Assembly (NCBI GenBank): GCA_963422365.1
Contig: OY729426.1
Location: 1,312,001 to 1,376,000 of the forward strand
Origin: Nitrospirales bacterium
GTDB lineage: Bacteria; Nitrospirota; Nitrospiria; Nitrospirales; UBA8639
Direction of reading: 5' to 3'
DNA length: 64,000 nt
Under the pieces are notes generated by a model, which did not search any database, was not told the origin of the DNA, and worked only from the letters and a program-made list of their open reading frames with translations. This document shows positions 1-11,432 of the stretch, piece after piece. Made by a program: the position numbers and the translations under genes. How positions within the stretch are numbered: position 1 is the stretch's first letter; the number at the start of each line of letters is the position of its first letter.

Positions 1-191
1 TGATGGTATCCGGCCATCCACACGCGTGCTTCATCGTGCAGAAAATACTCCACAGGCAGACGGATGATGATGACGGGAATCAACAAGATGGTCCCGAAAA
101 ACATCAGGACCGAGATGATGGTCATCCCAATGAGGGCCCCTTCGGGGATCAAGGGGATCAGTTCGTTGTAGAAAGTCTGAACGGCGTGCAT
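1..191 (-). CDS. Membrane protein, probably PGPGW-domain family (runs off the window start; not in the ORF track)
   Basis: ATG at 191-189 after GAGGGAG; reads MHAVQTFYNELIPLIPEGALIGMTISVLMFFGTILLIPVIIIRLPVEYF, a hydrophobic helix followed by LPxxYF. Confidence 0.55.
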   Translation of the reverse strand, partial: MHAVQTFYNELIPLIPEGALIGMTIISVLMFFGTILLIPVIIIRLPVEYFLHDEARVWMAGYH

Positions 192-451
192 CTGTGCTCC
201 CTCTGCATTTCAAGGGGACATAACACGTTCGAGGCGATTCGACAAGCCTCTGCATTGGGGGTCTGCCGTTCCAGAATCGGTGCCATGAGGCATGGCCTGG
301 CCTCCGAGCGGGGATGGCGCAGCTAGAAAAGAAAGAGAAACGGGCGGGATGCGATCCCGTCCTACAAAGAGAGGAGCCCATTGAATGGTCGTTGCCGGAC
401 AAGATAGGATGCCAATTTTTGTCCGTTCATCGAAGAGCGGAGGCCTAGGCT

Positions 452-919
452 ATGCCAAATTATTGGTTGCTCAAATCAGAACCTTCGATGTTTTCCATTG
501 AGGATCTGGCGCGCGCGCGTGAACAGATGACTTGCTGGGAAGGCGTGAGAAATTATCAGGCGCGGAACTTTCTGCGAACCATGGCCGTCGGAGATTTAGC
601 TTTTTTTTATCATAGCCATACCGATCGTCGGGCGATTGTGGGCATTGTCGAGGTCGTCAAAGCCGCGTACCCCGATTATTTTGCCTGGCGGCCCGACAGT
701 CATTATTTCGACGAAAAAAGTTCAAAGCAGAATTCGCGATGGGTGATGGTTGATGTCCGATTGAAAGCGGCATTCGCAGCGCCGCTTTCTTTGGAAAGCC
801 TTAGAGGGGTGAAAGGGCTTAAAAAGATGGAACTGCTCCGAAAGGGCTCTCGTCTTTCCGTTCAACCGGTTCGCGCAAACGAGTGGAAGATTATTCTGCG
901 GTTGTCGCAGACAAAATGA
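452..919 (+). CDS. EVE domain protein
   Basis: YWLLKSEP, WEGVRNYQARN, FFYHS and RLSVQPV motifs. Confidence 0.92.
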   Translation: MPNYWLLKSEPSMFSIEDLARAREQMTCWEGVRNYQARNFLRTMAVGDLAFFYHSHTDRRAIVGIVEVVKAAYPDYFAWRPDSHYFDEKSSKQNSRWVMVDVRLKAAFAAPLSLESLRGVKGLKKMELLRKGSRLSVQPVRANEWKIILRLSQTK

Positions 920-1009
920 CGGCTCAGCATGACAGAAGAAAAAGCTCGGAATGCCCACGGGAAGAAGGACAGCAGGGGCGTTCCATCTTGTTGCTGTGAG
1001 GGAGCGTGG

Positions 1010-1294
1010 TTATTGTTCTTGTTGCCGTGGGAAGACTTGGCCAAAAGGATGGACTTCGATTCGTTCAAACACTCCATGGATTAAATAGGGATCACCATTG
1101 GTAATGCTTTCGGCCTGCTCCATGGTGTCCGCCTCGATGATGACCAGACTGCCGGCCTTATCCGTAAAGGGTCCGGCACAGACCAATTGCCCCTGCTTCT
1201 GTAGGCGTTCAAGATGTTCGAGGTGGGCCGGTCTATAGCGCAGACGCTTGCTCTGTCCTTCGGGACCATCCCATCCAATAATCACATAGGTCAT
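1010..1294 (-). CDS. YciI family protein
   Basis: RPAHL, AGP..D..GSL and DPY motifs; start moved to MTYVII. Confidence 0.85.
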   Translation of the reverse strand: MTYVIIGWDGPEGQSKRLRYRPAHLEHLERLQKQGQLVCAGPFTDKAGSLVIIEADTMEQAESITNGDPYLIHGVFERIEVHPFGQVFPRQQEQ

Positions 1295-1390
1295 AGTCGC
1301 GACCTTCCCGTTCAAGAGGGGCCGCATAAGATGCGGCCCCTACAAATTATGGATTGCGAAAGGAGTCAACCGGCTCCGGGCTGTTGCTGC

Positions 1391-1807
1391 TCACGCTGTG
1401 CCTTTGGGCAGGGATTGTCGGCTTTTGTACCCGTCATCGATTTCATGCCACCATTCGATGGTTTCTTCGCCGAGCCTCCAGCATAAATAGACCACTCGTC
1501 CTTCCAGAAGATAGGGGAAGTCGCATAAGCCCATTTCCAGATCTTTGACAATCACTCCCATTTCATGGATGCTAGTCATGTTCTCATAAATCGTTTCGAG
1601 TGCTTTGATGTATCGAGGACCCTCACAACTTCCTCCTCCATACTGAGCGTTGGCGCTCGCTTTTTTGATTTCTTCTTTTGTTTGCACCAAGATCGTTTTG
1701 CCGGCTTTGGCTTTGGTCAGGTGCGTCGCCAGTTGGGGAATCAGCTCTGTCGCCTCGGAAAAGGAAAAAATTCGTCCATGGGAGAAAGGTTCTTCGTTCC
1801 TGGCCAT
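1391..1807 (-). CDS. DUF2203 family protein
   Basis: VKDLEMGLCDFP and VYLCWRLGEETIEWWHEIDDGYKSRQ. Confidence 0.85.
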   Translation of the reverse strand: MARNEEPFSHGRIFSFSEATELIPQLATHLTKAKAGKTILVQTKEEIKKASANAQYGGGSCEGPRYIKALETIYENMTSIHEMGVIVKDLEMGLCDFPYLLEGRVVYLCWRLGEETIEWWHEIDDGYKSRQSLPKGTA

Positions 1808-2452
1808 TTTCGCGTCGGTGCCGTCGGGCTACATTTTCAGTTGAGAAGTCTTCCCGCGCCTCCGTTTCATTTATCACAATGATCGTGGCATCGCAAACAA
1901 TCAATGGTTGAAAGAAACTATTGACAATAAGCCGGTTCATGTTATACAAAACTATTATTCCTTCCAGATTGAAGAGGCAGTTACTTCTTCCTACGTGAGT
2001 TTTCAAGTCCCAAAATTGTCAATCTAGTTTTTACGTAACCAGAAACGCCTGCACTCTTCTGTCCAAAAACATGGTGAAGAAGGTTCCGTCATCGGATGCA
2101 TTGGTGGATTTGTGGAATTGTCTCAACATCTGTCCCAAGCAAAAGAAGGATAGATGTTTCACTACGTATTCTGTGTGAATAGTTTGCGAACCCGTCGGTA
2201 TCCAGTAAGACAAAGTTTGGCTCGTTGTAAAAGTCTGACGCCGGCAGGGAAAAATTTTTTAACCACCCGCTTCATTCATGCCTCATCAGTTGACCGGCTT
2301 GGGCCTTGTCAGCCAGCGGTCCAACCCGATGAAGGATGAAAAAATGGAGACAAGGAGAGGTGATTGTCCGTTGCTTCAGGCTAGATGTGCCGAAAGGCTG
2401 ACAATGGTTTTAAGCCTCTCAGTTCCATGACCACCCACCGTAGGAGAACGAG

Positions 2453-3703
2453 ATGCATCTCGCGGAATTAAAACAAAAAACCATTGGCGACCTCGCGGAC
2501 TTGGCCCGTTCATTAAAGATTGAAGGGTCCGCAAACCTGAGAAAACAAGAACTGATCTTTTCCATCTTGCAGGGGCAGGCAGAGAAGAACGGAGTCATTT
2601 TTGGAGAAGGGGTTCTGGAAACCTTGTCCGATGGCTTCGGGTTTTTGCGTGCTCCGGACTCAAACTATTTTCCCGGTCCGGATGATATTTATATTTCACC
2701 TTCTCAAATCCGTCGTTTTGGCCTGCGAACGGGCGACATTATATCCGGTCAGGTTCGACCGCCCAAAGGCGGGGAGCGGTATTTTGCCTTACTAAAGGTT
2801 GAAAAAATTAATTATGACGAACCGGAAATTCAGCGCGACAAAATTTTGTTCGACAACCTGACCCCACTCTATCCTGAGGAACGCCTGACCCTGGAGTTTG
2901 ATCAAGAGGAGTACTGCACGCGGGTGATGGAACTGACCACGCCCATCGGGAAGGGACAACGCGGGCTCATTGTGGCTGCCCCGCGAACGGGAAAAACCAT
3001 GCTGCTGCAAGCCATTGCCCGGGCTGTTTTGCACAACCACCCGGAGATCTTGCTCATCGTCTTACTCATTGACGAACGCCCGGAAGAAGTCACGGATTGG
3101 CAGCGCCAAGTCAAAAGTGCTGAGGTGATCAGCTCCACGTTCGATGAACCGGCGCAGCGGCATGCGCAAGTGGCCGAGATCGTGATGGAAAAGGCGAAGC
3201 GATTGGTTGAGCATAAACGCGACGTGGTGATCTTGCTGGACAGTGTGACCCGGTTGGCTCGAGCCTACAATACGATTGCGCCTCCGAGTGGAAAGGTTCT
3301 GTCCGGCGGGCTGGATTCCAATGCGCTGCAACGGCCCAAACGGTTTTTTGGTTCGGCTCGAAACATCGAGGATGGTGGGAGCCTCACGATTCTGGCCACG
3401 GCGCTCGTGGATACGGGCAGTCGCATGGACGATGTGATCTTTGAAGAATTTAAAGGCACGGGGAATATGGAGGTCCATTTGGATCGCCGATTGGCGGACA
3501 AGCGAATCTTCCCGGCCATTGATATTAGTCAATCAGGGACTCGGAAAGAAGAGTTGTTGGTTGATCGGGACCGGCTGAACAAAATGTGGGTGTTACGCAA
3601 GGTGTTAAGCCCCTTGGGGACGATGGAGGCCATGGAGTTTCTTATGGATAAGATCGCCGGGACCAAGGATAATCAAGACTTTCTCCAGTCGATGAATCGT
3701 TAA
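2453..3703 (+). CDS. rho: Transcription termination factor Rho
   Basis: [26 protein letters not shown] and [12 protein letters not shown]. Confidence 0.99.
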   Translation: MHLAELKQKTIGDLADLARSLKIEGSANLRKQELIFSILQGQAEKNGVIFGEGVLETLSDGFGFLRAPDSNYFPGPDDIYISPSQIRRFGLRTGDIISGQVRPPKGGERYFALLKVEKINYDEPEIQRDKILFDNLTPLYPEERLTLEFDQEEYCTRVMELTTPIGKGQRGLIVAAPRTGKTMLLQAIARAVLHNHPEILLIVLLIDERPEEVTDWQRQVKSAEVISSTFDEPAQRHAQVAEIVMEKAKRLVEHKRDVVILLDSVTRLARAYNTIAPPSGKVLSGGLDSNALQRPKRFFGSARNIEDGGSLTILATALVDTGSRMDDVIFEEFKGTGNMEVHLDRRLADKRIFPAIDISQSGTRKEELLVDRDRLNKMWVLRKVLSPLGTMEAMEFLMDKIAGTKDNQDFLQSMNR

Positions 3704-3787
3704 CAACCCCGTCTTTGCCAACATCCGGTCTTCCATGTTACATAGAGGGCTTGAAACAGTCGTTCGATCGTAGGGAGAATTGACATC

Positions 3788-3997
3788 ATGAAAGCAGGCA
3801 TTCATCCTGAATACTCTGAGGCAACGGTCAGTTGCGCATGCGGCATGAAATTCCAAACCCGTTCGACCGTGGGCGATATAAAGGTGGACATTTGTTCTGC
3901 CTGTCATCCCTTCTTTACCGGCACGCAGAAAATCGTTGACACCGAAGGACGCGTGGAACGATTTAAGAAAAAATACGCTAAAAAGTCTCAAGCCTAG
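3788..3997 (+). CDS. rpmE: 50S ribosomal protein L31 (Zn-binding type)
   Basis: [12 protein letters not shown] and [10 protein letters not shown]. Confidence 0.98.
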   Translation: MKAGIHPEYSEATVSCACGMKFQTRSTVGDIKVDICSACHPFFTGTQKIVDTEGRVERFKKKYAKKSQA

Positions 3998-4072
3998 CCT
4001 ACCAGGTCAACGCGATCTCGCGCTCCTCGATTTTCTCGGATACGTTCTTCCAATTGTAGAAAGTCACGTTCT

Positions 4073-5200
4073 ATGTACGACGACAAGATAGAGAACCGCC
4101 AGTTTGAGGGATGGCTTCCCCAATGGGAAGCTGTGGCGCACCGCTACGACGAGTTGACCCATCGCTTGGCTGATCCGACGGTCCTCAGCCAGCTGCCCCT
4201 GGTGATTGCGTATAACAAGGAGCGGGCTGACATTGAAGAAGTCAGTCGGCTGTTTTCAGACTATCAGCGCCTGATCCGGGAAATCGCCAATACCGCACGG
4301 ATGCTCGATGACACGCAATTGGATCCCGAACTCAGGTCGTTGGCGGCCGATGAATTAGGGATATTACAAGAGCAACGTGCGCAAGTTGAGGAACATGCGC
4401 TGCAACTCTTGCATCCCCGAAACGCCGAGGACGACAAAAATTCATTCGTCGAAATACGAGCCGGAACCGGCGGCGAAGAGGCCGGATTGTTCGCCGGTGA
4501 GTTGTTGCGCATGTATCTGCGATACGCGGAAAACCATGGGTTGCGGGTGCAGATGATTGATTCCAACGAGACGGGCATCGGCGGGGTCAAGGAAGCCATT
4601 TTTTTGGTTGAAGGCAAAGGAGCGTACGGCGCCTTTCGTTATGAGAGCGGGGTGCACCGTGTCCAGAGAGTCCCGAGCACGGAGGCGAGCGGACGCATTC
4701 ACACGTCTGCGGCGACCGTGGCGGTGATGCCTGAGGTCGAAGACGTCGACGTGCATCTCGATTCGAGCGATCTTCGCATCGACACGTTCTGTTCCTCGGG
4801 CGCGGGCGGACAGAGTGTCAATACCACCTACTCGGCTGTCCGCATTACCCATATTCCCACCGGCATGGTGGTGACCTGTCAAGATGAACGGTCGCAACTC
4901 AAGAATCGGGAAAAAGCCATGCGGACCCTGCGAACCCGCATCGGCGACGCCGAACGTGAAAAACAAGAAGCCTCAATTGCCGAGCATCGTCGTTCTCAAG
5001 TCGGCACGGGCGAGCGAAGTGAAAAGATTCGTACCTACAATTACCCACAGAATCGAGTCACGGATCATCGGATAGGGCTGAGTTTGTATAAGCTGGGCTC
5101 GATCCTCGATGGGGATCTTCAGGAATTGGTGAAATCGTTGAACGATGCTCGTGAGCCGGAAAGCAGTGGGGCTGAAATCGCGTCCAACAAGCAGACCTGA
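4073..5200 (+). CDS. prfA: Peptide chain release factor 1
   Basis: GGQ motif, PST (PxT) RF1 motif, EIRAGTGGEEA; lies between rpmE and prmC. Confidence 0.97.
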   Translation: MYDDKIENRQFEGWLPQWEAVAHRYDELTHRLADPTVLSQLPLVIAYNKERADIEEVSRLFSDYQRLIREIANTARMLDDTQLDPELRSLAADELGILQEQRAQVEEHALQLLHPRNAEDDKNSFVEIRAGTGGEEAGLFAGELLRMYLRYAENHGLRVQMIDSNETGIGGVKEAIFLVEGKGAYGAFRYESGVHRVQRVPSTEASGRIHTSAATVAVMPEVEDVDVHLDSSDLRIDTFCSSGAGGQSVNTTYSAVRITHIPTGMVVTCQDERSQLKNREKAMRTLRTRIGDAEREKQEASIAEHRRSQVGTGERSEKIRTYNYPQNRVTDHRIGLSLYKLGSILDGDLQELVKSLNDAREPESSGAEIASNKQT

Positions 5201-5202
5201 CC

Positions 5203-6135
5203 ATGAAGATGGATGCGGCGGCTCTGAGGGGTAACTCCTCTCAACACGTGGAGTCTGTCACGCTGCTGTCTGCCTTTCAAGAAGGCCTGACAATCCTGCA
5301 AGCCGCCGAGGTGGCTAATGCAAAAAATGAAGCGTTCTGGCTGTTGGAAGCCGGCTTAGGGAGTTCGCGTCTCAACGTGTACGCTGACCCTCAAGGCAGG
5401 GTCAGGCCGGAGGATTGGGCACGAACCGCGTCGCTGTTTCGTCGCCGAGCGTCACAAGAACCCCTGCAATATATTGTGGGCACCCAGGCCTTTCGAGGCC
5501 GGGAATTTCTTGTGAACCCAAGCGTGTTGATCCCAAGGCCTGAAACCGAGTTGGTCATTGAGGAAGTCTTGGCCTCACGCTTTTCGGCTGAGCGCTGTCA
5601 TATGGTGGATATGGGAACGGGGTCAGGATGTCTGGCTGTTTCGTTGGCTTTGGACTGTCCAGGAGCAACCGTCTCTGCCACGGATTGTAGTGCCCCGGCG
5701 CTTTGTGTGGCCCGGGAAAATGCGCGGCGTCACGGCGTGGTCCAGAGGATACGGTTTTTCGAGGGCGAGTGCCTCGAACCGTTGTCCGATCACGAGTTTG
5801 AAGGGAAGGTTTCGGTTATTGTCTCGAATCCACCCTATATTCCAGCAGATCAGTTCGATCTCCTTCCACGGGACGTTCGGGCGTTTGAGCCGCTTTTGGC
5901 CTTACATGGCGGCCTGAACGGCTTGGAGTTTTACGATCGCCTGCTTGCGGACAGTCCGTCGTTGTTACACCCGGGCGGGCTTTTAGTCATGGAAATGGGA
6001 GTGAATCAGTCGAGGAAGATCTGTCAAAAGGTAAGCGGCAAGAAAGAGTTTGTCGTCAAAACGATTCGGCCCGATCAGGCGGGTATTGATCGCGTGATCT
6101 GCCTGGAGCGAACGTCGTCGTCATGGACCGTTTGA
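5203..6135 (+). CDS. prmC: Release factor glutamine methyltransferase
   Basis: EPLQYI, VLIPRPETE, DMGTGSG and SNPPYI. Confidence 0.96.
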   Translation: MKMDAAALRGNSSQHVESVTLLSAFQEGLTILQAAEVANAKNEAFWLLEAGLGSSRLNVYADPQGRVRPEDWARTASLFRRRASQEPLQYIVGTQAFRGREFLVNPSVLIPRPETELVIEEVLASRFSAERCHMVDMGTGSGCLAVSLALDCPGATVSATDCSAPALCVARENARRHGVVQRIRFFEGECLEPLSDHEFEGKVSVIVSNPPYIPADQFDLLPRDVRAFEPLLALHGGLNGLEFYDRLLADSPSLLHPGGLLVMEMGVNQSRKICQKVSGKKEFVVKTIRPDQAGIDRVICLERTSSSWTV

Positions 6136-7382
6136 TCATTACAGGAGGACGACGCCTCAAGGGGCGTGTCATGGCGGCTGGGGCCAAGAATGCCGCGCTT
6201 CCCATTTTAGCTGCGACCCTGTTAGGGGGAGGAACCTGCACGATTTCCAACCTGCCGCGGGTGAGAGACGTCGCCACCATGATGACGCTCCTCAGCTTAC
6301 TGGGCGTTTCCGTCGAACAGGAGGAGGGGCGGGTAGTCGTTGACGCGACCCGTGTCCAATTTGTCGAGGCTCCTTATGATCTGGTCAAAACCATGAGGGC
6401 CTCCATATTGGTGTTGGGTCCGTTGTTGGCCCGATTCGGGGAAGCCGTCGTTTCCCTCCCAGGTGGCTGCGCGATTGGGCCTAGGCCGGTCGATCTGCAC
6501 TTGGAGGGGCTGCGAAGGTTAGGGGCTACAGTCTCCGTCGATTATGGGTATATCCGAGCACGTGCCACGAAGTTGGAAGGACACCGCATTGATTTCGAGA
6601 TTCCCACCGTCACCGGAACCGAAAATTTATTGATGGCCGCCTGCCTCGCGAAAGGAACGACGGTGATCAACAATGCCGCCGTGGAGCCCGAAATTACCGA
6701 TCTGGCCGAGTTCTTGATTAAACGCGGGGCCAAAATTGCCGGAGCCGGATCCGGGCGTCTTGTCATCGAAGGCGTTTCGGCGTTGCATGGCGCAGAGCAC
6801 GAGGTGATTCCTGATCGAATTGAAACCGGAACATATTTAATCGCAGGGGCCATGACGGGAGGGCAGGTTGAAGTGGACCGGTGTGTGCCCGAACAGGTGG
6901 AAGTCGTGATTTCCAAACTCAGGAAATGCGGCGCGGACCTGTCGGAGCGGGCACGGTCGATCACCATCAAGGCGCCGACCCGGTTGCAGGCCCAAGATGT
7001 GCAAACGTGTCCTTACCCGGGATTTCCCACGGATTTGCAGGCGCAAATGATGGCCTCGATGTGTTTGGCGGAAGGAACCAGTGTGATTACCGAATCGGTC
7101 TTTGCAGGGCGGTTTCTTCATGTACCGGAATTGCAACGAATGGGTGCGGCGATTACGGTTGATGGGCACCGTGCCGTTGTGAAAGGATTAGGCCGGTTAA
7201 CGGGTGCGCCGGTCATGGCGTCGGATCTGCGTGCCAGTGCCGCTCTCCTGTTAGCCGGGTTGGCTGCCGAGGGGGAAACTCAGATTTCCAGGATTTATCA
7301 TTTGGAACGGGGATACGAGCGTATCGAAGAGAAACTGCAAGGCTTAGGCGCCTTGGTTCGTCGAGAAGGACCCAGGTCATGA
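6123..7382 (+). CDS. murA: UDP-N-acetylglucosamine 1-carboxyvinyltransferase
   Basis: GAKNAALP, LPGGCAIG, PGFPTDLQAQ and DLRA. Confidence 0.98.
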   Translation: MDRLIITGGRRLKGRVMAAGAKNAALPILAATLLGGGTCTISNLPRVRDVATMMTLLSLLGVSVEQEEGRVVVDATRVQFVEAPYDLVKTMRASILVLGPLLARFGEAVVSLPGGCAIGPRPVDLHLEGLRRLGATVSVDYGYIRARATKLEGHRIDFEIPTVTGTENLLMAACLAKGTTVINNAAVEPEITDLAEFLIKRGAKIAGAGSGRLVIEGVSALHGAEHEVIPDRIETGTYLIAGAMTGGQVEVDRCVPEQVEVVISKLRKCGADLSERARSITIKAPTRLQAQDVQTCPYPGFPTDLQAQMMASMCLAEGTSVITESVFAGRFLHVPELQRMGAAITVDGHRAVVKGLGRLTGAPVMASDLRASAALLLAGLAAEGETQISRIYHLERGYERIEEKLQGLGALVRREGPRS

Positions 7383-8029
7383 ATGAAATGGTGACCGTTG
7401 CGTTATCGAAAGGGAAACTCTTGGATCCGACGCTGGTCTTGTTTCAGAAAGCGGGCTATCTTGGCCCGGAGTTGTCATCCGATGATCGCAAGCTGGTTTT
7501 CGAGGTGCCGCAGTCTGGGCTGTCTTTTTTGGTCGTCCGACCGACGGACGTTCCCACGTATGTTGAGTATGGAGCGGCCGACGTGGGAGTGGCGGGGAAA
7601 GATTTGTTATTAGAGCAACAGTTGGATGTGTATGAACCTTTGGATCTGCGGATTGGGTGGTGCCGGATCTCCGTGGCGGCCTTGGGAGATCTTGATCGTC
7701 GCACGCGCTTATCATCAAAACTCCGGGTTGCCACGAAATATCCCAACATCACGGAATTGCATTTTAACCAGCAAGGGACTCCGGTCGAGATTATCAAATT
7801 ATATGGGTCGATCGAGTTGGCTCCGGTGGTGGGCTTAGCGGATCAAATCGTGGATTTGGTATCGAGCGGGCAGACGCTGAAAGCCAATAACCTTCAGGAA
7901 ATGGAAACAATCGCCGAATCGACTGCGCGCTTGATTGTGAATCGTGCCAGTTTGAAAATGAAGCATCAAGCGATTACCATCATGATTAACAGGCTTCGCA
8001 AAAGTCGTCCCAAGAAGGCCTGTGCTTGA
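7379..8029 (+). CDS. hisG: ATP phosphoribosyltransferase, short form (needs HisZ, not in window)
   Basis: VALSKGK, VATKYP, GSIELAP and IVDLVSSG; 216 aa. Confidence 0.96.
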   Translation: MNEMVTVALSKGKLLDPTLVLFQKAGYLGPELSSDDRKLVFEVPQSGLSFLVVRPTDVPTYVEYGAADVGVAGKDLLLEQQLDVYEPLDLRIGWCRISVAALGDLDRRTRLSSKLRVATKYPNITELHFNQQGTPVEIIKLYGSIELAPVVGLADQIVDLVSSGQTLKANNLQEMETIAESTARLIVNRASLKMKHQAITIMINRLRKSRPKKACA

Positions 8030-8036
8030 CGGCTTT

Positions 8037-9320
8037 ATGAACATTATTTTTTCAAACAGGAAATCCTATCCTCAGGAGTTGGCCGAAGTCCGCAATCGCG
8101 CAGCTCGTCAGCATGCCAAGATCGACGGTCGCGTGAAACGTATTCTGGAAAATGTTGAACGAAACGGCGATGCCGCGGTCGCGCAATATGTCAAAGAATT
8201 TGATGGTCTTTCCTTGTCGCCTGAAAAATTTCGAGTGTCCTCGAAAGAAATTCAGCAGGCGTACGCCGGCGTTCGACAAAAGGATCGGCAAGCCTTACAA
8301 TTCGCTGCACAGCGCATTCGTGCGTTTCATCGAAAGCAACGGGTGTCGACGTGGTTGAGTAAAGAGAAGGGGGTGAAGCTTGGTCAGCTCATCACTCCGT
8401 TGGATGTCGTGGGGCTGTATGTGCCTGGTGGAAAAGCGTTGTATCCCTCCACGGTGTTGATGAATGCGATCCCCGCTAAAGTGGCCGGAGTGCCGCGGGT
8501 GATCATGTGTAGTCCCACGACGTCGGGTTCCATTGATCCCCATTTATTGGTAGCGGCGGCTATCGCCGGCGTCGATGAAGTCTATCGGATCGGCGGCGTG
8601 CAGGCGATCGGGGCGTTGGCCTATGGCACGAAGCAGATTCCCCGGGTGGACAAAATAGTGGGGCCCGGCAATATGTACGTGGCCGCAGCCAAACGAGCGG
8701 TGTATGGGACCGTTGATATTGATATGATTGCCGGACCCAGTGAGCTGTTGGTGATTGCGGATGAATCCGCCGACCCTGCCCATTGTGCAGCCGACTTGCT
8801 GTGTGAGGCCGAACACGATGAAGAAGCACAAGTCTATTTAGTGACGCCCTCGACATCGTTCGCCAAGAAGGTGAAGCGGGAAATTTACCTTCAATTACCC
8901 GAACTGACGCGGCGGCATATTGCAGAGCATTCTGTCGGCCAATATGCTAAAATTTTCGTCGTGTCGAATTTAGACGAAGCTTTTGATGTGGCCAATGCCA
9001 TTGCTCCTGAACATTTAGAGGTCCTGTTGCCTCGGCCATTCGACTATATGAAAAAAATCCGGCATGCCGGTGCGATTTTCATGGGGAGGTATACCCCGCC
9101 GGCCGTGGCGGATTATGTGGCTGGTCCTAATCACGTGCTGCCGACCGGGGGCTCCGCACGGTTTTTTTCAGCCTTGTCGCTTGATGATTACATGAAACGA
9201 ACCAACATTGTGGCGTATAACCGGGAACAACTGAAAGCCGTTACCCCCTATGTCACGCGGTTAGCTCATATGGAGGGGCTGCAAGCCCATGCCCGTTCCA
9301 TAGAAAGTCGGTCGTCATGA
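8037..9320 (+). CDS. hisD: Histidinol dehydrogenase
   Basis: [23 protein letters not shown] and GPNHVLPT. Confidence 0.97.
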   Translation: MNIIFSNRKSYPQELAEVRNRAARQHAKIDGRVKRILENVERNGDAAVAQYVKEFDGLSLSPEKFRVSSKEIQQAYAGVRQKDRQALQFAAQRIRAFHRKQRVSTWLSKEKGVKLGQLITPLDVVGLYVPGGKALYPSTVLMNAIPAKVAGVPRVIMCSPTTSGSIDPHLLVAAAIAGVDEVYRIGGVQAIGALAYGTKQIPRVDKIVGPGNMYVAAAKRAVYGTVDIDMIAGPSELLVIADESADPAHCAADLLCEAEHDEEAQVYLVTPSTSFAKKVKREIYLQLPELTRRHIAEHSVGQYAKIFVVSNLDEAFDVANAIAPEHLEVLLPRPFDYMKKIRHAGAIFMGRYTPPAVADYVAGPNHVLPTGGSARFFSALSLDDYMKRTNIVAYNREQLKAVTPYVTRLAHMEGLQAHARSIESRSS

Positions 9321-9922
9321 ATATTTCAAGCAAACCACGATGGGCGGAAGTCGACCGGTCTACCTCCGAGACCGCCATTCGGGTGGAATTGGGGCTGGAT
9401 GGGACCGGACAACGACAGATTGCAACCCCCATTCCGTTTGTGGACCACATGTTGGATGCCTTCGCGCGACATGGGTTGTTTGATCTCGTGCTTGAAGCCA
9501 AGGGCGATACCCATATTGATGACCATCATACGGTTGAGGATATCGGGATGGTGGTCGGGACTGCCTTCAAAGAAGCACTCGGGAAGAAAGACGGGATTCG
9601 TCGGTTTGGATGGGCCACCATCCCTCTTGATGAAACGTTGGCGGAAGTCGTGGTTGATCTGAGCGGACGGCCGTTTTTAGTCTATAACGTGACATTGTCG
9701 CATCGGGAAGTGAAAGGGTTTGATCTCGGTCTGTTTGAGGATTTTTTTCAGGCTCTGGCGAATCACGGAGGATTGAATCTTCACGTCACTGTTCGGTATG
9801 GCCGTAATCCTCACCATATGATCGAAGCCGCGTTCAAGGCGTTTGCGAAGGCCATGGATCAGGCGACTCGTCAGGACGACCGAGTGGTCGGGGTCCTTTC
9901 CACGAAGGGGTCCCTCGCCTAG
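9317..9922 (+). CDS. hisB: Imidazoleglycerol-phosphate dehydratase
   Basis: [20 protein letters not shown] and STKG. Confidence 0.97.
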   Translation: MNISSKPRWAEVDRSTSETAIRVELGLDGTGQRQIATPIPFVDHMLDAFARHGLFDLVLEAKGDTHIDDHHTVEDIGMVVGTAFKEALGKKDGIRRFGWATIPLDETLAEVVVDLSGRPFLVYNVTLSHREVKGFDLGLFEDFFQALANHGGLNLHVTVRYGRNPHHMIEAAFKAFAKAMDQATRQDDRVVGVLSTKGSLA

Positions 9923-9954
9923 CAAGGCTCACAGGAGACCAATCTTGATCACGG

Positions 9955-10590
9955 GTGATGAAGCAGTCCATGATCGCCATTATCAATTATGAAATGGGGA
10001 ATGTGCGAAGTGTCCAAAAAGCATTTGAAACCGTTGGGCATCACGCGGTCGTCACGAGAGATCCTACGAGCATTGATCGCGCCACCCACGTCGTGCTTCC
10101 CGGGGTGGGGGCCTTTGGTGATTGCGTGCACAATCTCCAACGGTTTGGCCTGATTGAGCCCCTGCGTCGGACGATTGCGCAAGGCAAGCCATTGTTAGGC
10201 ATTTGTCTGGGGTTACAGGTCCTCTTTTCGGAAAGCGAGGAGTTTGGCGTGCATCAGGGGTTGAACCTTTTTAAAGGAAAAGTCAAACGATTTCCTGCCG
10301 GATCCGCACAGGCGTCGCCTTTGAAGATTCCGCATATGGGGTGGAACACGATTCAGATCACACGGCCAATGTCGTTATTAGAGGGAATCGGTTCGGAGGC
10401 CCACATGTATTTTGTCCATTCGTATTACGTGGAACCTGAAGAGGCGGACGTGATCTGTACCGAAACACGGTATGGGTTTCCTTTTGTGTCGAGCGTGACC
10501 AAAGGCAAGGTCTTTGCTTGTCAATTTCATCCGGAAAAAAGTCAAAAGGTCGGGCTGCAACTGCTCAAGAATTTCGGGGACTGGAATTGA
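9955..10590 (+). CDS. hisH: Imidazole glycerol phosphate synthase, glutaminase subunit
   Basis: LPGVGAF, GICLG, PHMGWN and QFHPEKS. Confidence 0.97.
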   Translation: MMKQSMIAIINYEMGNVRSVQKAFETVGHHAVVTRDPTSIDRATHVVLPGVGAFGDCVHNLQRFGLIEPLRRTIAQGKPLLGICLGLQVLFSESEEFGVHQGLNLFKGKVKRFPAGSAQASPLKIPHMGWNTIQITRPMSLLEGIGSEAHMYFVHSYYVEPEEADVICTETRYGFPFVSSVTKGKVFACQFHPEKSQKVGLQLLKNFGDWN

Positions 10591-11357
10591 GCATCTTTCC
10601 CACCAATCATGCTGGCGCAGGCCGGCGTCAAACGCGCTGGCTCTCGGCGACACTCCTTCTGTTTGGGGGGTGCGGGGCATGTGCTCCGGAACCGATCACC
10701 ATTAAGTCGTCTCATCAGTTTGCTCCTCAAGCCATTACCAGAGTGGCGATTGCGCCGTTTCGCGCCGTCAAAAGGGAGCAGAGGATCTCGCGCACATTTC
10801 GAGCGCTTCCTCCGTCAGATCTGGAAAATTCCGAGATTCCTCAATCGTTGGGGAGTATGAGCACGGCACCGGTTGCCCGCCGATCTCACTTGATACAGGA
10901 TCCCGTGCCTGACGCTGTTCCCGATATGATCCAGCATATGGTGTATTCCCAGTTAAGACTCAATGCCAAGGTTGCTATCATACCCCCTGCAACCGTGGGA
11001 CAAATCCTGAACAGTCAGGATGGCCCTGCCCATGCACAGGATCGTCAAGAGACCGTTCGGCTCTTAGGACAACGGCTGGCTGTGGATGCGGTCCTTGAAG
11101 GCATTATTCGAGTGTATCGTGAACGGGAAGGCACGAAGTTCGGCGCCCTCCCCGCTGCCGTCGGGTTTGAAATCCGATTGCTCAGGGCCCGGGACGGCCT
11201 GGTGTTGTGGGTGGGCGATTATTTCGAAGAGCAGAAACCGATGACTCACGATTTCAGGGGATTCCTTGAACGAGGGGGAACGTTTGTCACTGCCGAAGAG
11301 TTAGCGCGAGCAGGGGTTGCTCGCGTGCTGCACCAATTACCTTTTGGTACGGATTAA
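10587..11357 (+). CDS. Putative lipoprotein inserted in the his operon
   Basis: Probable TTG start overlapping the hisH stop; hydrophobic stretch ending GGCGAC; VAIAPF and LAVDAVLEG motifs suggest a CsgG/TolB-N-like fold. Confidence 0.6.
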   Translation: MSIFPTNHAGAGRRQTRWLSATLLLFGGCGACAPEPITIKSSHQFAPQAITRVAIAPFRAVKREQRISRTFRALPPSDLENSEIPQSLGSMSTAPVARRSHLIQDPVPDAVPDMIQHMVYSQLRLNAKVAIIPPATVGQILNSQDGPAHAQDRQETVRLLGQRLAVDAVLEGIIRVYREREGTKFGALPAAVGFEIRLLRARDGLVLWVGDYFEEQKPMTHDFRGFLERGGTFVTAEELARAGVARVLHQLPFGTD

Positions 11358-11432
11358 AGAGCTTTTACATCCTCACCTCAAAAGGGGTGCCTCCTTCGAG
11401 GCCGCAACCTCAATCAAAGAGTTCGGTCTGTC

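Noticed and set aside
3..402. Track ORFs 3-326 (+) and 31-402 (-)
   Set aside because: A different minus-strand frame starting at 191 has the RBS and a membrane-protein pattern
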